Positions 10,418-19,758 of a stretch of DNA of 64,000 nucleotides are shown in pieces. The notes under the pieces were generated by a model that was not told where the DNA came from, ran no database searches, and saw only the letters and a program-made list of their open reading frames with translations. Both the position numbers and the translations under genes were made by a program. Origin of the DNA: Alphaproteobacteria bacterium (GTDB taxonomy: Bacteria; Pseudomonadota; Alphaproteobacteria; SHVV01); the NCBI GenBank assembly GCA_965261735.1, contig OZ253470.1, positions 2,560,001 through 2,624,000 of the forward strand, read 5' to 3'. How positions within the stretch are numbered: position 1 is the first letter of the stretch; every line of letters begins with the position of its first letter.

Positions 10418-10864
10418 TCAGCTATCGCGCTCGATCTCGCGGTAGTCCCCGTCGATGACGGGACCAGCACCGGGATCTTGGCCCGGCGGCGGGGCTTGTG
10501 CCGTGGGGCCACCGCCGAGGCGCCGAACGACTGTACGGCGCAGCCAGGCGCGCACCCGCGGCACGAACAGGGCGGCCCCGGCGATATCGGTGACGAAGCC
10601 CGGCGTCAGCAGCAGCAGACCGGCGACGGCGAGGCACACGGCATCGAACAGCTCGGCCAGCGGAGGCTGGCCCGCGCGCATGCTGGCACGAGCCCGCGCC
10701 AGCGTGGCCACGCCCTGGTGGCGTAGCAGCGCGGTGCCGGCAACCGCGGTAGCCACGACGATCGCGAGCGTCGGCCACAGGCCGATGCGGCCGCCGACCT
10801 CGATGAAGACGCCGATTTCGAGGAGCGGAACCGCGAGCAGTGCGAAGAAAATGTATCGGGCCAA
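10418..10864 (-). CDS. fxsA: FxsA family membrane protein
   Basis: PLLEIGVFI...LLLTPGFVTD; VIDGDY tail; TTG start with AGAGG RBS; secB-fxsA-timA synteny. Confidence 0.88.
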   Translation of the reverse strand: MARYIFFALLAVPLLEIGVFIEVGGRIGLWPTLAIVVATAVAGTALLRHQGVATLARARASMRAGQPPLAELFDAVCLAVAGLLLLTPGFVTDIAGAALFVPRVRAWLRRTVVRRLGGGPTAQAPPPGQDPGAGPVIDGDYREIERDS

Positions 10865-11004
10865 GGTTGTCCTCTTACCTGGAGGGGCTATCTCTATCAC
10901 GTCTATCCGGGCTGCTGGACCCTGGTCCGGCAAACGGCTATCCTGACCCGTTGCCGCCGGGAGCACCCCAAGGCAAGCGGCGCGGCGACGCCGAGAGCGC
11001 AATC

Positions 11005-11691
11005 ATGAGCGACGGTTTTCCTGTCCTCGAGATCATATTCTTCGCCATGGTTGCGGCGTTCATTTTCCTGCGCTTGAGGAATGTGCTGGGGCGGCGCACG
11101 GGACATGAAAAGCCCCCGATGGACTCGATCTCGGCGCGCAGTCGGGGGGCCCCGGACGATCAGGACAAGGTCATCGAACTGCCGGACCGCACGCCACGCG
11201 GCGAGGAGCCAGCAGCGGTGGCATCGGATGGCGACACAGTCGTCACGTTCGGGCTCGCCCAGGTCAAGGTCGCCGATCCCAAGTTCAGCGAGCGCGAGTT
11301 CCTCGAGGGCTCGCGCATGGCCTACGAGATGATCGTCACGTCCTTCGCCAACGGCGACAAGGACACGCTACGGCCGCTGCTCGACGACGCCGTCTACCGC
11401 GAGTTCGAGGTCTCGATCGACGAGCGCGAGGCGGCCGAGGAGACGCTCGAAAACACCCTCCTCGCGATCAAGTCGGCGGACCTCATCGAGGCCCGGATCG
11501 TGGGCAGGACGGCCGAGCTTACGGTCAAGTTCGTCAGCGAGATGGTGAAGCTCACGCGCGCGGCCAGCGGCGAGATCACCTCGGGCGACCCGCGCGCGGT
11601 ACAGGAAGTCACCGACTTCTGGACGTTCGCCCGCGACACCCGACAACGCGACCCCAACTGGACCCTGATCGCGACTCGCAGCTCCAATTGA
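11005..11691 (+). CDS. Tim44/TimA family adaptor protein
   Basis: N-terminal TM plus RLRNVLGRRTGHE; WTFAR...PNWTL C-terminus. Confidence 0.9.
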   Translation: MSDGFPVLEIIFFAMVAAFIFLRLRNVLGRRTGHEKPPMDSISARSRGAPDDQDKVIELPDRTPRGEEPAAVASDGDTVVTFGLAQVKVADPKFSEREFLEGSRMAYEMIVTSFANGDKDTLRPLLDDAVYREFEVSIDEREAAEETLENTLLAIKSADLIEARIVGRTAELTVKFVSEMVKLTRAASGEITSGDPRAVQEVTDFWTFARDTRQRDPNWTLIATRSSN

Positions 11692-12923
11692 AGCAACGCG
11701 CGTTCGTTTTCGCGCTCGGCGCCGCGGCGCTCGTGGTCGCCGGCGCGGTGGCATGGTGGTGGGCCGTGCCGCGGCCGCCGCTCGAGGATCGGCTACGCCT
11801 GCGCGTGACCGCGTTCACGGCGCTAGGGGGGTGGGCCGACGATGATCATGGCGCGGCGCTGGCGGCGCTCCTCAAGAGCTGCGCCCGGCTCGCGGGCCGA
11901 GCCGATGGCGCGGCGGTTGGCGCCGGCGCCATCGGTGGCCGGGTGGCCGACTGGCGCCCGGCGTGCCGTGCCGGGGCCGAGGTGCCGGCGGGCGCGCGGG
12001 CAGCGGCCCGCCGGTTTTTCGAGGCCCATTTCACGCCGCTCGACGCCGCCAACAACCGCGAGCCCGAGGGCTTGTTCACCGGCTACTTCGAGCCCGAGCT
12101 GCGTGGCAGCCGGCGCGCGCAGGGGCGCTACCGGGTACCGCTGTACGCACGGCCGGAAGATCTGGTCAGTGTCGATCTCGGTGCCTTTCGCGCCGCCCTG
12201 CGCGGGCAGCGGCTGGCCGGCCGCGTGGTCGCGGGCAGGTTGCGGCCGTTTTCGAGCCGCGCCGATATCGACTCCGGCGCACTTGCAGGGCGCGGCCTCG
12301 AGCTCGTCTGGGTCGACAGCGCCATCGACGCGTTCTTCCTCCACATCCAGGGCTCGGGCCGGGTCGTCATGGATGACGGCGCGATCCTGCGCCTCGGCTA
12401 TGCGGCGCAAAACGGCCACCCCTATTTCGCCATCGGCCGCGAGTTGATCGCTCGCGGCGCACTGACTCCGGAGACGACCTCGCTGCAGTCGATCCGTGCG
12501 TGGCTCGAGGCCAATCCGGACGAGGCCGCGAAGGTGATGGCCAAGAACCCGTCCTTCATCTTTTTCCGAACGCTCGACGGCGAGGGCCCCGTGGGCGCCC
12601 AGGGCGTGGTCCTGAGCGCAGGGCGTTCGCTTGCCGTGGATAGGCGCTACCTACCGCTCGGGGCACCGGTATGGCTCGACACGGTGGCCCCGGCCGCCGA
12701 TCCCGGCGCACCGGAGGCGCCGCTACGGCGGCTGTTCGTGGCCCAGGATACCGGTGGCGCCATTCGCGGTCCGGTGCGCGGCGATGTGTACTGGGGCTCG
12801 GGCGCGGCCGCGGGCGCCGTGGCCGGCCGCATGCGCAGCCGCGGCCAATACTATCTGCTGCTGCCGAAGTCGGTGGTCGCCCGCGGCGATCCGTGGGCGC
12901 CGCCCGACGGCGCGGCCAGGTAA
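11688..12923 (+). CDS. mltA: membrane-bound lytic murein transglycosylase A
   Basis: FTGYFEP, FFLHIQGSG, AQDTGGAIRG...RGDVYWG (3D domain). Confidence 0.94.
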   Translation: MKQRAFVFALGAAALVVAGAVAWWWAVPRPPLEDRLRLRVTAFTALGGWADDDHGAALAALLKSCARLAGRADGAAVGAGAIGGRVADWRPACRAGAEVPAGARAAARRFFEAHFTPLDAANNREPEGLFTGYFEPELRGSRRAQGRYRVPLYARPEDLVSVDLGAFRAALRGQRLAGRVVAGRLRPFSSRADIDSGALAGRGLELVWVDSAIDAFFLHIQGSGRVVMDDGAILRLGYAAQNGHPYFAIGRELIARGALTPETTSLQSIRAWLEANPDEAAKVMAKNPSFIFFRTLDGEGPVGAQGVVLSAGRSLAVDRRYLPLGAPVWLDTVAPAADPGAPEAPLRRLFVAQDTGGAIRGPVRGDVYWGSGAAAGAVAGRMRSRGQYYLLLPKSVVARGDPWAPPDGAAR

Positions 12924-13030
12924 CCCCTCCTCCCGCTGATCTCGATCAAGGCGCGCCTTTGCGTGGCGCCTAGCATCGCCAGGACCGCGTCGACTTGCGT
13001 CGGCGTGTGCCTGCGCGGAGGGCGAGCGCG

Positions 13031-13468
13031 ATGTTCAAAAAGATCCTGGTGGCGGTCGATGGCTCGGAGCACGCGTTGCGGGCGGTCGACATGGCGGCCG
13101 GCTTGGCCGAGACATGCGCGGCCGAGCTTTCGTTCGTTCACATCGTGCGCGACCCGCGCCTCCCCGAGGGCCTGAAGCGGTTCGTGGAGGAGGAGTACCC
13201 CGGCGAATCGCCGGAGTATGTGGCCCTTCACCTTGCGGCCGACAAGCTGCTGGCAGAAGCGGCCGAGCGGTCGGGCCGAAAGGGTATGGCAAAGCTCACG
13301 GCGGAGGGCGATCCCGCCGGGCGGATATTGGATACCGCGAAAAACGGCGGCGCCGACCTTATCGTCCTGGGGAGTCGCGGGCTCACCGACGTGGCCAGCC
13401 TGCTCCTCGGCAGCGTATCGCACAAGGTGCTGCACCTCGCGCCCTGCGCCTGCCTGATGGTGAAGTAG
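13031..13468 (+). CDS. universal stress protein
   Basis: KKILVAVDGSE, DLIVLGSRG, LLGSVSHKV. Confidence 0.93.
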   Translation: MFKKILVAVDGSEHALRAVDMAAGLAETCAAELSFVHIVRDPRLPEGLKRFVEEEYPGESPEYVALHLAADKLLAEAAERSGRKGMAKLTAEGDPAGRILDTAKNGGADLIVLGSRGLTDVASLLLGSVSHKVLHLAPCACLMVK

Positions 13469-13500
13469 CGCGCCCCACGGACCGCCGGCGTGGCGGCTTT

Positions 13501-13809
13501 CTATCGCCCGCGCTGGCGTTCGATGTAGGCGATAAGGTCGTCGATCTCCTGCCGGGTGAGGCTGAGGTCGGGCGTCGGCTCGTGCGGGTTGCTGAGAAAG
13601 ACGCGGAGATAAGCGGGCGTCTTGGTCGCGTCCTCGATGATCGTCCGAAAATGCGGCACGGCGTCGCTCGCCCGGCCCGTGCCTGCCACGACGTGGCACC
13701 AGCTGCACCATTTCGTGACGATGCGCCCGCCCTCTTCGGCGTCGCCCGCGGCCAATGCGGGGAGCGGCGTCAATGCCGCCGCGAGTATGGCTAGACATGC
13801 ATTACGCAT
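13501..13809 (-). CDS. small periplasmic c-type cytochrome
   Basis: signal peptide and CSWCH heme-binding motif. Confidence 0.8.
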   Translation of the reverse strand: MRNACLAILAAALTPLPALAAGDAEEGGRIVTKWCSWCHVVAGTGRASDAVPHFRTIIEDATKTPAYLRVFLSNPHEPTPDLSLTRQEIDDLIAYIERQRGR

Positions 13810-13977
13810 GTGAACTCCTGATCTATCCGGGAACCGGCGGGGCTACACCACGACCATTAGATAGGGAATAGCTACACCCCGAAGCAAACGGTGGCGCCGA
13901 GAGAAATGGCTCGCGGACCTCAGGCGCGCGCCGCGATTGACCTTGCGAAGGGGCGTGGGCTGCGGTTTCATGGGTGG

Positions 13978-14745
13978 ATGGCGCCGCCACCCCGCAACGT
14001 CGCGCTGTTCGTCACCTGTCTCGTTGATCTGTTTCGGCCGACGGTGGGATTTGCCGCCGTCAAGCTGCTCGAAGATGCGGGCTGCATCGTGCACGTGCCC
14101 GGCGCGCAAACCTGCTGCGGGCAGCCCGCTTACAACTCGGGCGCCTCCGAGGATGCGCGCGCCATCGCGCGTCAGGTGATCGCGGCGTTCGAAGGCTTCG
14201 AGCATGTCGTGGTCCCCTCGGGAAGCTGCGCCGGGATGCTGCGCCACCACTACCCGGCGCTGCTGGCCGAGGACCCGGCCTGGGCGGCGCGCGCCGAGGC
14301 GCTGGCCGAGCGCGCCGTTGAGCTCGTGGCGTTCCTACACGATGTCCTCGGCGTCCGCAGCGTCGCGTCGTCGTTCGCGGGCACCCTCACCTACCACGAC
14401 GCCTGCTCCGGGCTGCGCGAGCTCGGGATCCGCGCGCAACCGCGGGCGCTGCTCACAAGTATCGCCGGTGCCGAGCTTACCGAGGTCGCGGACCCCGAGG
14501 TGTGCTGCGGTTTCGGCGGCACCTTCAGCGTCAAGTACCCCGACATCTCGGTCGAAATGGTCGCGCGCAAGGCCGCGTCCGTGACGGCGACGGGCGCGGC
14601 GACGCTGCTCGGCGGCGACCTCGGCTGCCTGCTCAACATCGCCGGCCGGCTGCACCGCGAGGGCTCGCCCCTGCGGGTGCGCCACGTGGCCGAGGTGCTC
14701 GCCGGCATGACCGATGACCCCGCCATCGGCGAAGGGGGCTCGTGA
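13978..14745 (+). CDS. lutA: lactate utilization Fe-S protein LutA/YkgE
   Basis: LFVTCLVD, QTCCGQP, CCGFGGTF (two CCG domains). Confidence 0.9.
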   Translation: MAPPPRNVALFVTCLVDLFRPTVGFAAVKLLEDAGCIVHVPGAQTCCGQPAYNSGASEDARAIARQVIAAFEGFEHVVVPSGSCAGMLRHHYPALLAEDPAWAARAEALAERAVELVAFLHDVLGVRSVASSFAGTLTYHDACSGLRELGIRAQPRALLTSIAGAELTEVADPEVCCGFGGTFSVKYPDISVEMVARKAASVTATGAATLLGGDLGCLLNIAGRLHREGSPLRVRHVAEVLAGMTDDPAIGEGGS

Positions 14746-16178
14746 TGGAGGCGACGAGCCGCGCCTTCAAGGCCAACGTCGCGCGCGCGCTCGACGATGC
14801 CAATCTGCGCACGGCGATGACGCGGCTCGAATCGGCGATCGGGCCGCGCCGCCTGGCGGCCACGGCGGCGCTGCCCGAGTTCGACGCGCTGCGCGCCGCC
14901 GCCCGCGACATCAAGGACCATGTGCTCGCCCACCTGGACGCCTATCTAGAGCGCTTCGAGGCCAAAGTCGTGGAGGCCGGCGGCGAGGTCCATTGGTGCC
15001 GCACCGCGGCCGAGGCGCGCGAGACCATCCTGGCGCTGTGCCGCTCGGCCGAAGCACGCACCATCACCAAGGGCAAGTCGATGACCGCCGAGGAAATCGG
15101 GCTCAACGACTTCCTGAGCGAACACGGGATCGAGCCGGTCGAGACCGACCTCGGCGAGTACATCATCCAGCTCGCCGGCCAGCCGCCGAGCCACATCATC
15201 GCGCCTGCCGTGCACATGACCAGAGAAGAGATCGCCGACCTGTTCGCCGACAAGCACCGCGTCCACGGCCGCACCGTGCGCCACGACGACGCGCAGGGGC
15301 TGGTGCAGGAGGCGCGCGAGCTGCTGCGGCCGCGCTACCTCGCCGCCGACGTCGGCCTCACCGGCGCTAATTTTCTCATCGCCGAGACCGGCAGCTCGGT
15401 GATCGTCACCAACGAGGGCAACGGCGACCTCACGCAGACACTGCCGAAGATGCACATCGTGATTGCCAGCATCGAGAAGGTGGTGCCGACGCTCGAGGAC
15501 GCGACGACCATCCTGCGCGTCCTCGCTCGCTCGGCGACCGGCCAGGAGTTCGCCGTCTACAACACCTTCTCGACCGGCCCAAAGCGCGCGGACGACCTCG
15601 ACGGCCCGGCCGCCTATCACGTCGTCCTGCTCGACAATGGGCGCACCGAGCTATTGGGCAGCGAGTTTCAGGACATCCTGCGCTGTATTCGCTGTGGCGC
15701 TTGCCTCAACAACTGCCCGGTTTACGCCACGGTCGGCGGCCACGCCTATGGCTGGGTCTATCCGGGCCCGATGGGCGCGGTACTGACGCCGAGCCTGATC
15801 GGGATCGAGGAAGGGTTTCACCTCCCGCAGGCCTCCAGTTTCTGCGGCCGCTGCGAGGAAGTGTGCCCGATGCACATCCCGCTTCCGCGCATGATGCGCA
15901 AGCTTCGCGAGCGCGCGTACGCGGGGCGGCTCGGGCCGGCGCGCGAGCGGGCGGGTCTGCGCCTGTGGGCCTACGCCGCGAGACGGCCAACGCTCTACCG
16001 CGCCGCCACCGGACTCGTCGCGCGCCTGCTCGGCGCGTTGGGGCGCCGGCGCGGGGCCCTCCGCAGCCTGCCGCTGGCTGCCGGCTGGACGCGCGGCCGC
16101 GACCTTCCGGCGCCCCAGGGCCGCACCTTCCACAGCCTGTGGCGGGCGCGCATTGCCTCGGCTGAGCGGCGCGAGTGA
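14745..16178 (+). CDS. lutB: lactate utilization Fe-S protein LutB/LldF
   Basis: ETDLGEYI, CIRCGACLNNCP, CGRCEEVCP. Confidence 0.93.
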   Translation: MEATSRAFKANVARALDDANLRTAMTRLESAIGPRRLAATAALPEFDALRAAARDIKDHVLAHLDAYLERFEAKVVEAGGEVHWCRTAAEARETILALCRSAEARTITKGKSMTAEEIGLNDFLSEHGIEPVETDLGEYIIQLAGQPPSHIIAPAVHMTREEIADLFADKHRVHGRTVRHDDAQGLVQEARELLRPRYLAADVGLTGANFLIAETGSSVIVTNEGNGDLTQTLPKMHIVIASIEKVVPTLEDATTILRVLARSATGQEFAVYNTFSTGPKRADDLDGPAAYHVVLLDNGRTELLGSEFQDILRCIRCGACLNNCPVYATVGGHAYGWVYPGPMGAVLTPSLIGIEEGFHLPQASSFCGRCEEVCPMHIPLPRMMRKLRERAYAGRLGPARERAGLRLWAYAARRPTLYRAATGLVARLLGALGRRRGALRSLPLAAGWTRGRDLPAPQGRTFHSLWRARIASAERRE

Positions 16179-16864
16179 TGGCCGCGCGCGAGGACATCCT
16201 CGGCCGGATCGCGGCCACGCTCGGCGGCGGGGAGCGTGCCGAGGCCGCGGCCACGCGCATCGCGCGCCATGCCGCCAATCTCGTCCCGGCCCGGGCGCAG
16301 GTCGGCAGGGCCGAGCAAATCCGCCTGTTCACGACCATGATGGAGAGCGTCGAGGGTACGGTCGTCGAGGTGCCGGCGCCCGAGGTTCCGCAGGCCGTCG
16401 CCGACTACCTGATCGAGCGCAACCTGCCGAGCGCGGTAGCCATGGCGCCGGACCCCGCGCTCGATGCCCTGCCGTGGGGCGATCAGCCGCTGCTCGCACT
16501 TCGCCGCGGCCGGGCCGAGGAGTCGGACGTGGTTGGCATTACCGGCGCCTTCGCCGGCATCGCCGAAACCGGCACGCTCATGCTCCTGTCCGGGCCCGGG
16601 CGCCCGACGACCCTCGGCTTCCTGCCCGAGAACCACATCGTCATTTTGCCCGCCTCCGGCATCGTCGGCACCTACGAGGAAGCATGGCAGCGGCTGCGCG
16701 AGGCTTGCGCCGCGCCGCACCGGGACGGCTTCCTGATGCCGCGCACCGTCAACCTGATCACCGGCCCCTCGCGCACGGCCGACATCGAGCTCATCCCGAC
16801 CCTCGGTGCCCACGGGCCCAAGAGGCTGCACACCCTTATCGTCGACGATGGCCAAGCGGCCTGA
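16178..16864 (+). CDS. lutC: lactate utilization protein LutC (LUD domain)
   Basis: IAETGTL, ITGPSRTADIE, GAHGP. Confidence 0.9.
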   Translation: MAAREDILGRIAATLGGGERAEAAATRIARHAANLVPARAQVGRAEQIRLFTTMMESVEGTVVEVPAPEVPQAVADYLIERNLPSAVAMAPDPALDALPWGDQPLLALRRGRAEESDVVGITGAFAGIAETGTLMLLSGPGRPTTLGFLPENHIVILPASGIVGTYEEAWQRLREACAAPHRDGFLMPRTVNLITGPSRTADIELIPTLGAHGPKRLHTLIVDDGQAA

Positions 16865-17543
16865 GGCGCCCGAGCGCGAGGCGCGCGCCCTTAGTGCCGA
16901 GGAGCAGGCGCTATGGCAGGAGGCGATGCGCGATGCGAAGCGCCTCGCTCCCGCGAACCGGCGAGCGGCCGAGCAGGCCGCGCCACCGGCGCGGGCGGCA
17001 GAGGCGGAGCCCACACCCCCGTCGCGGCTAGCCGCTCCGGCCGAACTGCCGGCGGCCCCGTCACCGCCTGCGGAGCCGCCGGCGCCCGTCGAGCGCCCGC
17101 CGACCGCGCCGACCGCGCCGGCCGCAGCGCGACGCGCGGTCATCGTCGAGCGTGCGCCGTTGCCCGGTGCCACCGCCGCGCGCGGCCAGTGGCCGGGGCT
17201 CGATGCGCGATCCGCACAGCGCCTACGGCGCGGCCAGATCGCGATCGAGGGGCGTATCGACCTCCACGGCATGCGCGAGGCCGAGGCGCGGCGCGCCCTC
17301 GATTCCTTCCTCGGCGCCGCCGCGCAGGCGGGCAAGCGCTGCGTCCTGGTAATCACCGGCAAGGGAGCCGAGCGCGAGGCCGAGGGCTTCATGCCCGACC
17401 GCTCGGCCGGCCTCCTGCGGCGCTCGGTGCCGCGCTGGCTCGGCGAAGCGCCGAACCGCGCCCACGTCATTGCCTACCACCCGGCGCGCCCCGCCGACGG
17501 CGGCACCGGCGCGCTCTACGTGCTCCTCAGGCGCCAGCGTTGA
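16848..17543 (+). CDS. Smr/MutS family protein
   Basis: IDLHGM, VITGKG, GGTGALYVLLRR; Pro/Ala-rich linker. Confidence 0.9.
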   Translation: MAKRPEAPEREARALSAEEQALWQEAMRDAKRLAPANRRAAEQAAPPARAAEAEPTPPSRLAAPAELPAAPSPPAEPPAPVERPPTAPTAPAAARRAVIVERAPLPGATAARGQWPGLDARSAQRLRRGQIAIEGRIDLHGMREAEARRALDSFLGAAAQAGKRCVLVITGKGAEREAEGFMPDRSAGLLRRSVPRWLGEAPNRAHVIAYHPARPADGGTGALYVLLRRQR

Positions 17544-17580
17544 GGCCGGTGCCTGCGCGCGACTCGTCCCGCCCACTGTG

Positions 17581-18011
17581 TTAGGGAGCGGCTACCCCGA
17601 GCCGCCGACGGTAGACCGCCACCGGTCCGCGAAGCGATTGGCTCGCCCCGAAGGCTTCCCACCCGCGGCGCTTGAGCAGGCCCTCGGCGGTGCTGGTCGA
17701 TGTGTAGAGGCACTCGAAGCCGAGACGCCGGGCCTCCGCCTCGATCGCGGCGACGAGGGCCGTGCCGACACCCTGGCCTTGATGCTCCCTCGGCACCAGC
17801 ACCGCGGCGAGCCACGGGCCGACGCCGAGCTCGCTGCCCACGGACTCGGACCTGAGGCTCGCGGTGCCGAGCACGTCCCCGCTCTCGCTCAGGGCGACGA
17901 GACAGATCGGCAGCGCATCGCGGCTGCGGCAGGCGGCGAGATCGCCTTCCGCATCGCCTTCACCACCGGGCCCGTACCACGGCGCCCACTCGTCTGCGAA
18001 CCACTCCGCCA
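17581..18011 (-). pseudogene. 3' part of a GNAT acetyltransferase gene split by the integrated element
   Basis: PWLAAVLV...QGQGVGTALV acetyl-CoA motif; its native 5' part lies at 41344-41421 and joins in frame across the att repeat. Confidence 0.85.
17998..18011 (+). repeat. att core, left copy
   Basis: GAACCACTCCGCCA identical to 41344-41357. Confidence 0.9.
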
Positions 18012-18022
18012 CAATGTTCATG

Positions 18023-18035
18023 TAACATATTGATA
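18023..18035 (-). promoter_or_regulatory. IHF-like binding site in att arm
   Basis: TAACATATTGATA is the reverse complement of a WATCAANNNNTTR match; near-identical site at 41279-41291. Confidence 0.6.
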
Positions 18036-18406
18036 AATAACGAGTGTTTTAGGCTATTGATTTCCATTCCCACCAGGGCTTCCATTTGGGAAACGAGGAA
18101 TGGACGATAATCCTCGGGCACGAACAGGAACACTCTCGCGCGGCTGAACCCGCGTGGCCCAGGGGTTCGCGTTCCTTGCCGTGGTCAAGTTCGAGCGGTG
18201 CTGGAATGTCTTGGCTTGGTGTGCGGGAGCTGAGGTCTTTGCGCCGAGGCCGTTCTGTGCCTCCTACTTGCGATCGGGGTCCTCTCTGACAGCACGCATC
18301 TGACGTCGTTTGAGCTCGCCGACCCGGCGCGCCAGCACCCGGCAGCGCGGCTCATGGCGCCAAACATCAGCGTGCCGCCTCGGACTACACATGTGCCCCG
18401 CACACT

Positions 18407-19200
18407 TCAACCCAGATCGACCTCAATCAGAAGCCGGCAATGGTCGCTCGAACCCCATTCTTGCAAGCCGTTCAGCGTGCGCACCCCTATCCTTTCGTGG
18501 AAACCGCGCGAAGCGACGGCATAGTCGAACTGGCGATCGGCATTGGCTGGCGAGCGCTGCTGCGGGCTGTAGTACGTCGGGACGTTCCTGGTATCGGCCA
18601 GCACATCCAGCTGAGCCGTCGCCGCCGGCCGTCCGTTCGGCAGTTGCGGCACGAGAAACTCCAGCCCGAGCGCCGCGATCCGGTCCCACACAACACGTTC
18701 GCGTTCGGGCAGCGAGAGCGCGCCGCCGGTCGCCCCGTAAATGATGTTCAGATCGCCCGCCGCGAGGATGCGATGCTTCGCCGGGTTCTCATGCCTGATG
18801 AAGGCCGACAAGTCCGACAGAATCCGGTGCGCCGAGACATCGGCCGCGCCGACGCGCCACGGCGTTCCTGTCGACGGATGGGGTTTCATGTAGCGCGCAT
18901 ACATCGAGGCCACGACGAAACTATCTTCGGGCCGGCCCCTTGGCGCCACCCTGGCGGCGGCAATCGTCCCGATGCCGCTGACGCCGATGTCGTTCTCGCC
19001 GAGTTCGCTGATCGGCGGCACCTGCCGGAACCATTCGACCTCGACTTGATCCGACAGTTTGACCACAAGGGGCCAGCGGTCGCACAACTGCCGGTTCCAG
19101 AACACGTCGTCGCCATACCGGACCAGGTGCGCAAGGTCGCCGGGCGGGCCGCCCGATTCCTGCAGCAGCGCGACATCGGCCTCTCCCCGCGCCGCCGAAG
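18407..19200 (-). pseudogene. endonuclease/exonuclease/phosphatase (EEP) family gene, N-terminus lost
   Basis: in-frame ADVALLQE upstream of the called start, then AGDLN, FDY, GSSDH motifs; no start codon upstream of the conserved segment. Confidence 0.7.
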
Positions 19201-19256
19201 CAGCGGTCGCCGAAGAAAGCCATGATGGCTCGTTACCGACTCTTGGGCGCCACCAG

Positions 19257-19450
19257 CTAGTTGTGGATCACGTGGAAGTACCGGAGCGCATGCTCGATCC
19301 CATTGGTGATCACCATCGCCCGCCCCTCGCCGCCGACCTTGTTCGTCATCCATCGTCTTGGCGAGCTTTTGGTGGTTCGCGATCGGCGAGCAGTGCACCA
19401 GCACGTCGATGATGAAGGCCTCCGCGCCATACAGCACGAACGCACCCTGA
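19257..19450 (-). pseudogene. remnant resembling a Type I restriction enzyme R subunit
   Basis: fragments AFIIDVL...KLAKT and GRAMVITNGIEHALRYF in different frames recall HsdR segments; recognition from memory only. Confidence 0.4.
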
Positions 19451-19758
19451 CCCGCGACCCCCACCCCGCCCATGAAGGCACACCCCGGTACCCCCTATGA
19501 CTGCGATGCACCTGGCTATTCGGGCGGAAAACCGAAAACGGTTTGGGGCTCTATGGTTCGCGGGAAGAGTCCGGCTCGGATGGGCCCCGTGGGCGAAGAA
19601 AAATTTCCTAAAATTTTCGTGAATTATCACCTTGAAACATTGTCGCTCCTTCTCCTCGTCAATTTCGTGCCACCACCGGGCCGGGTTGGATCGATTCGGA
19701 AAGCCCGAACCCGTGGTGGGAAATCGGTGGCGAGAAGCCGAATTGCGGGCTGTCGATT

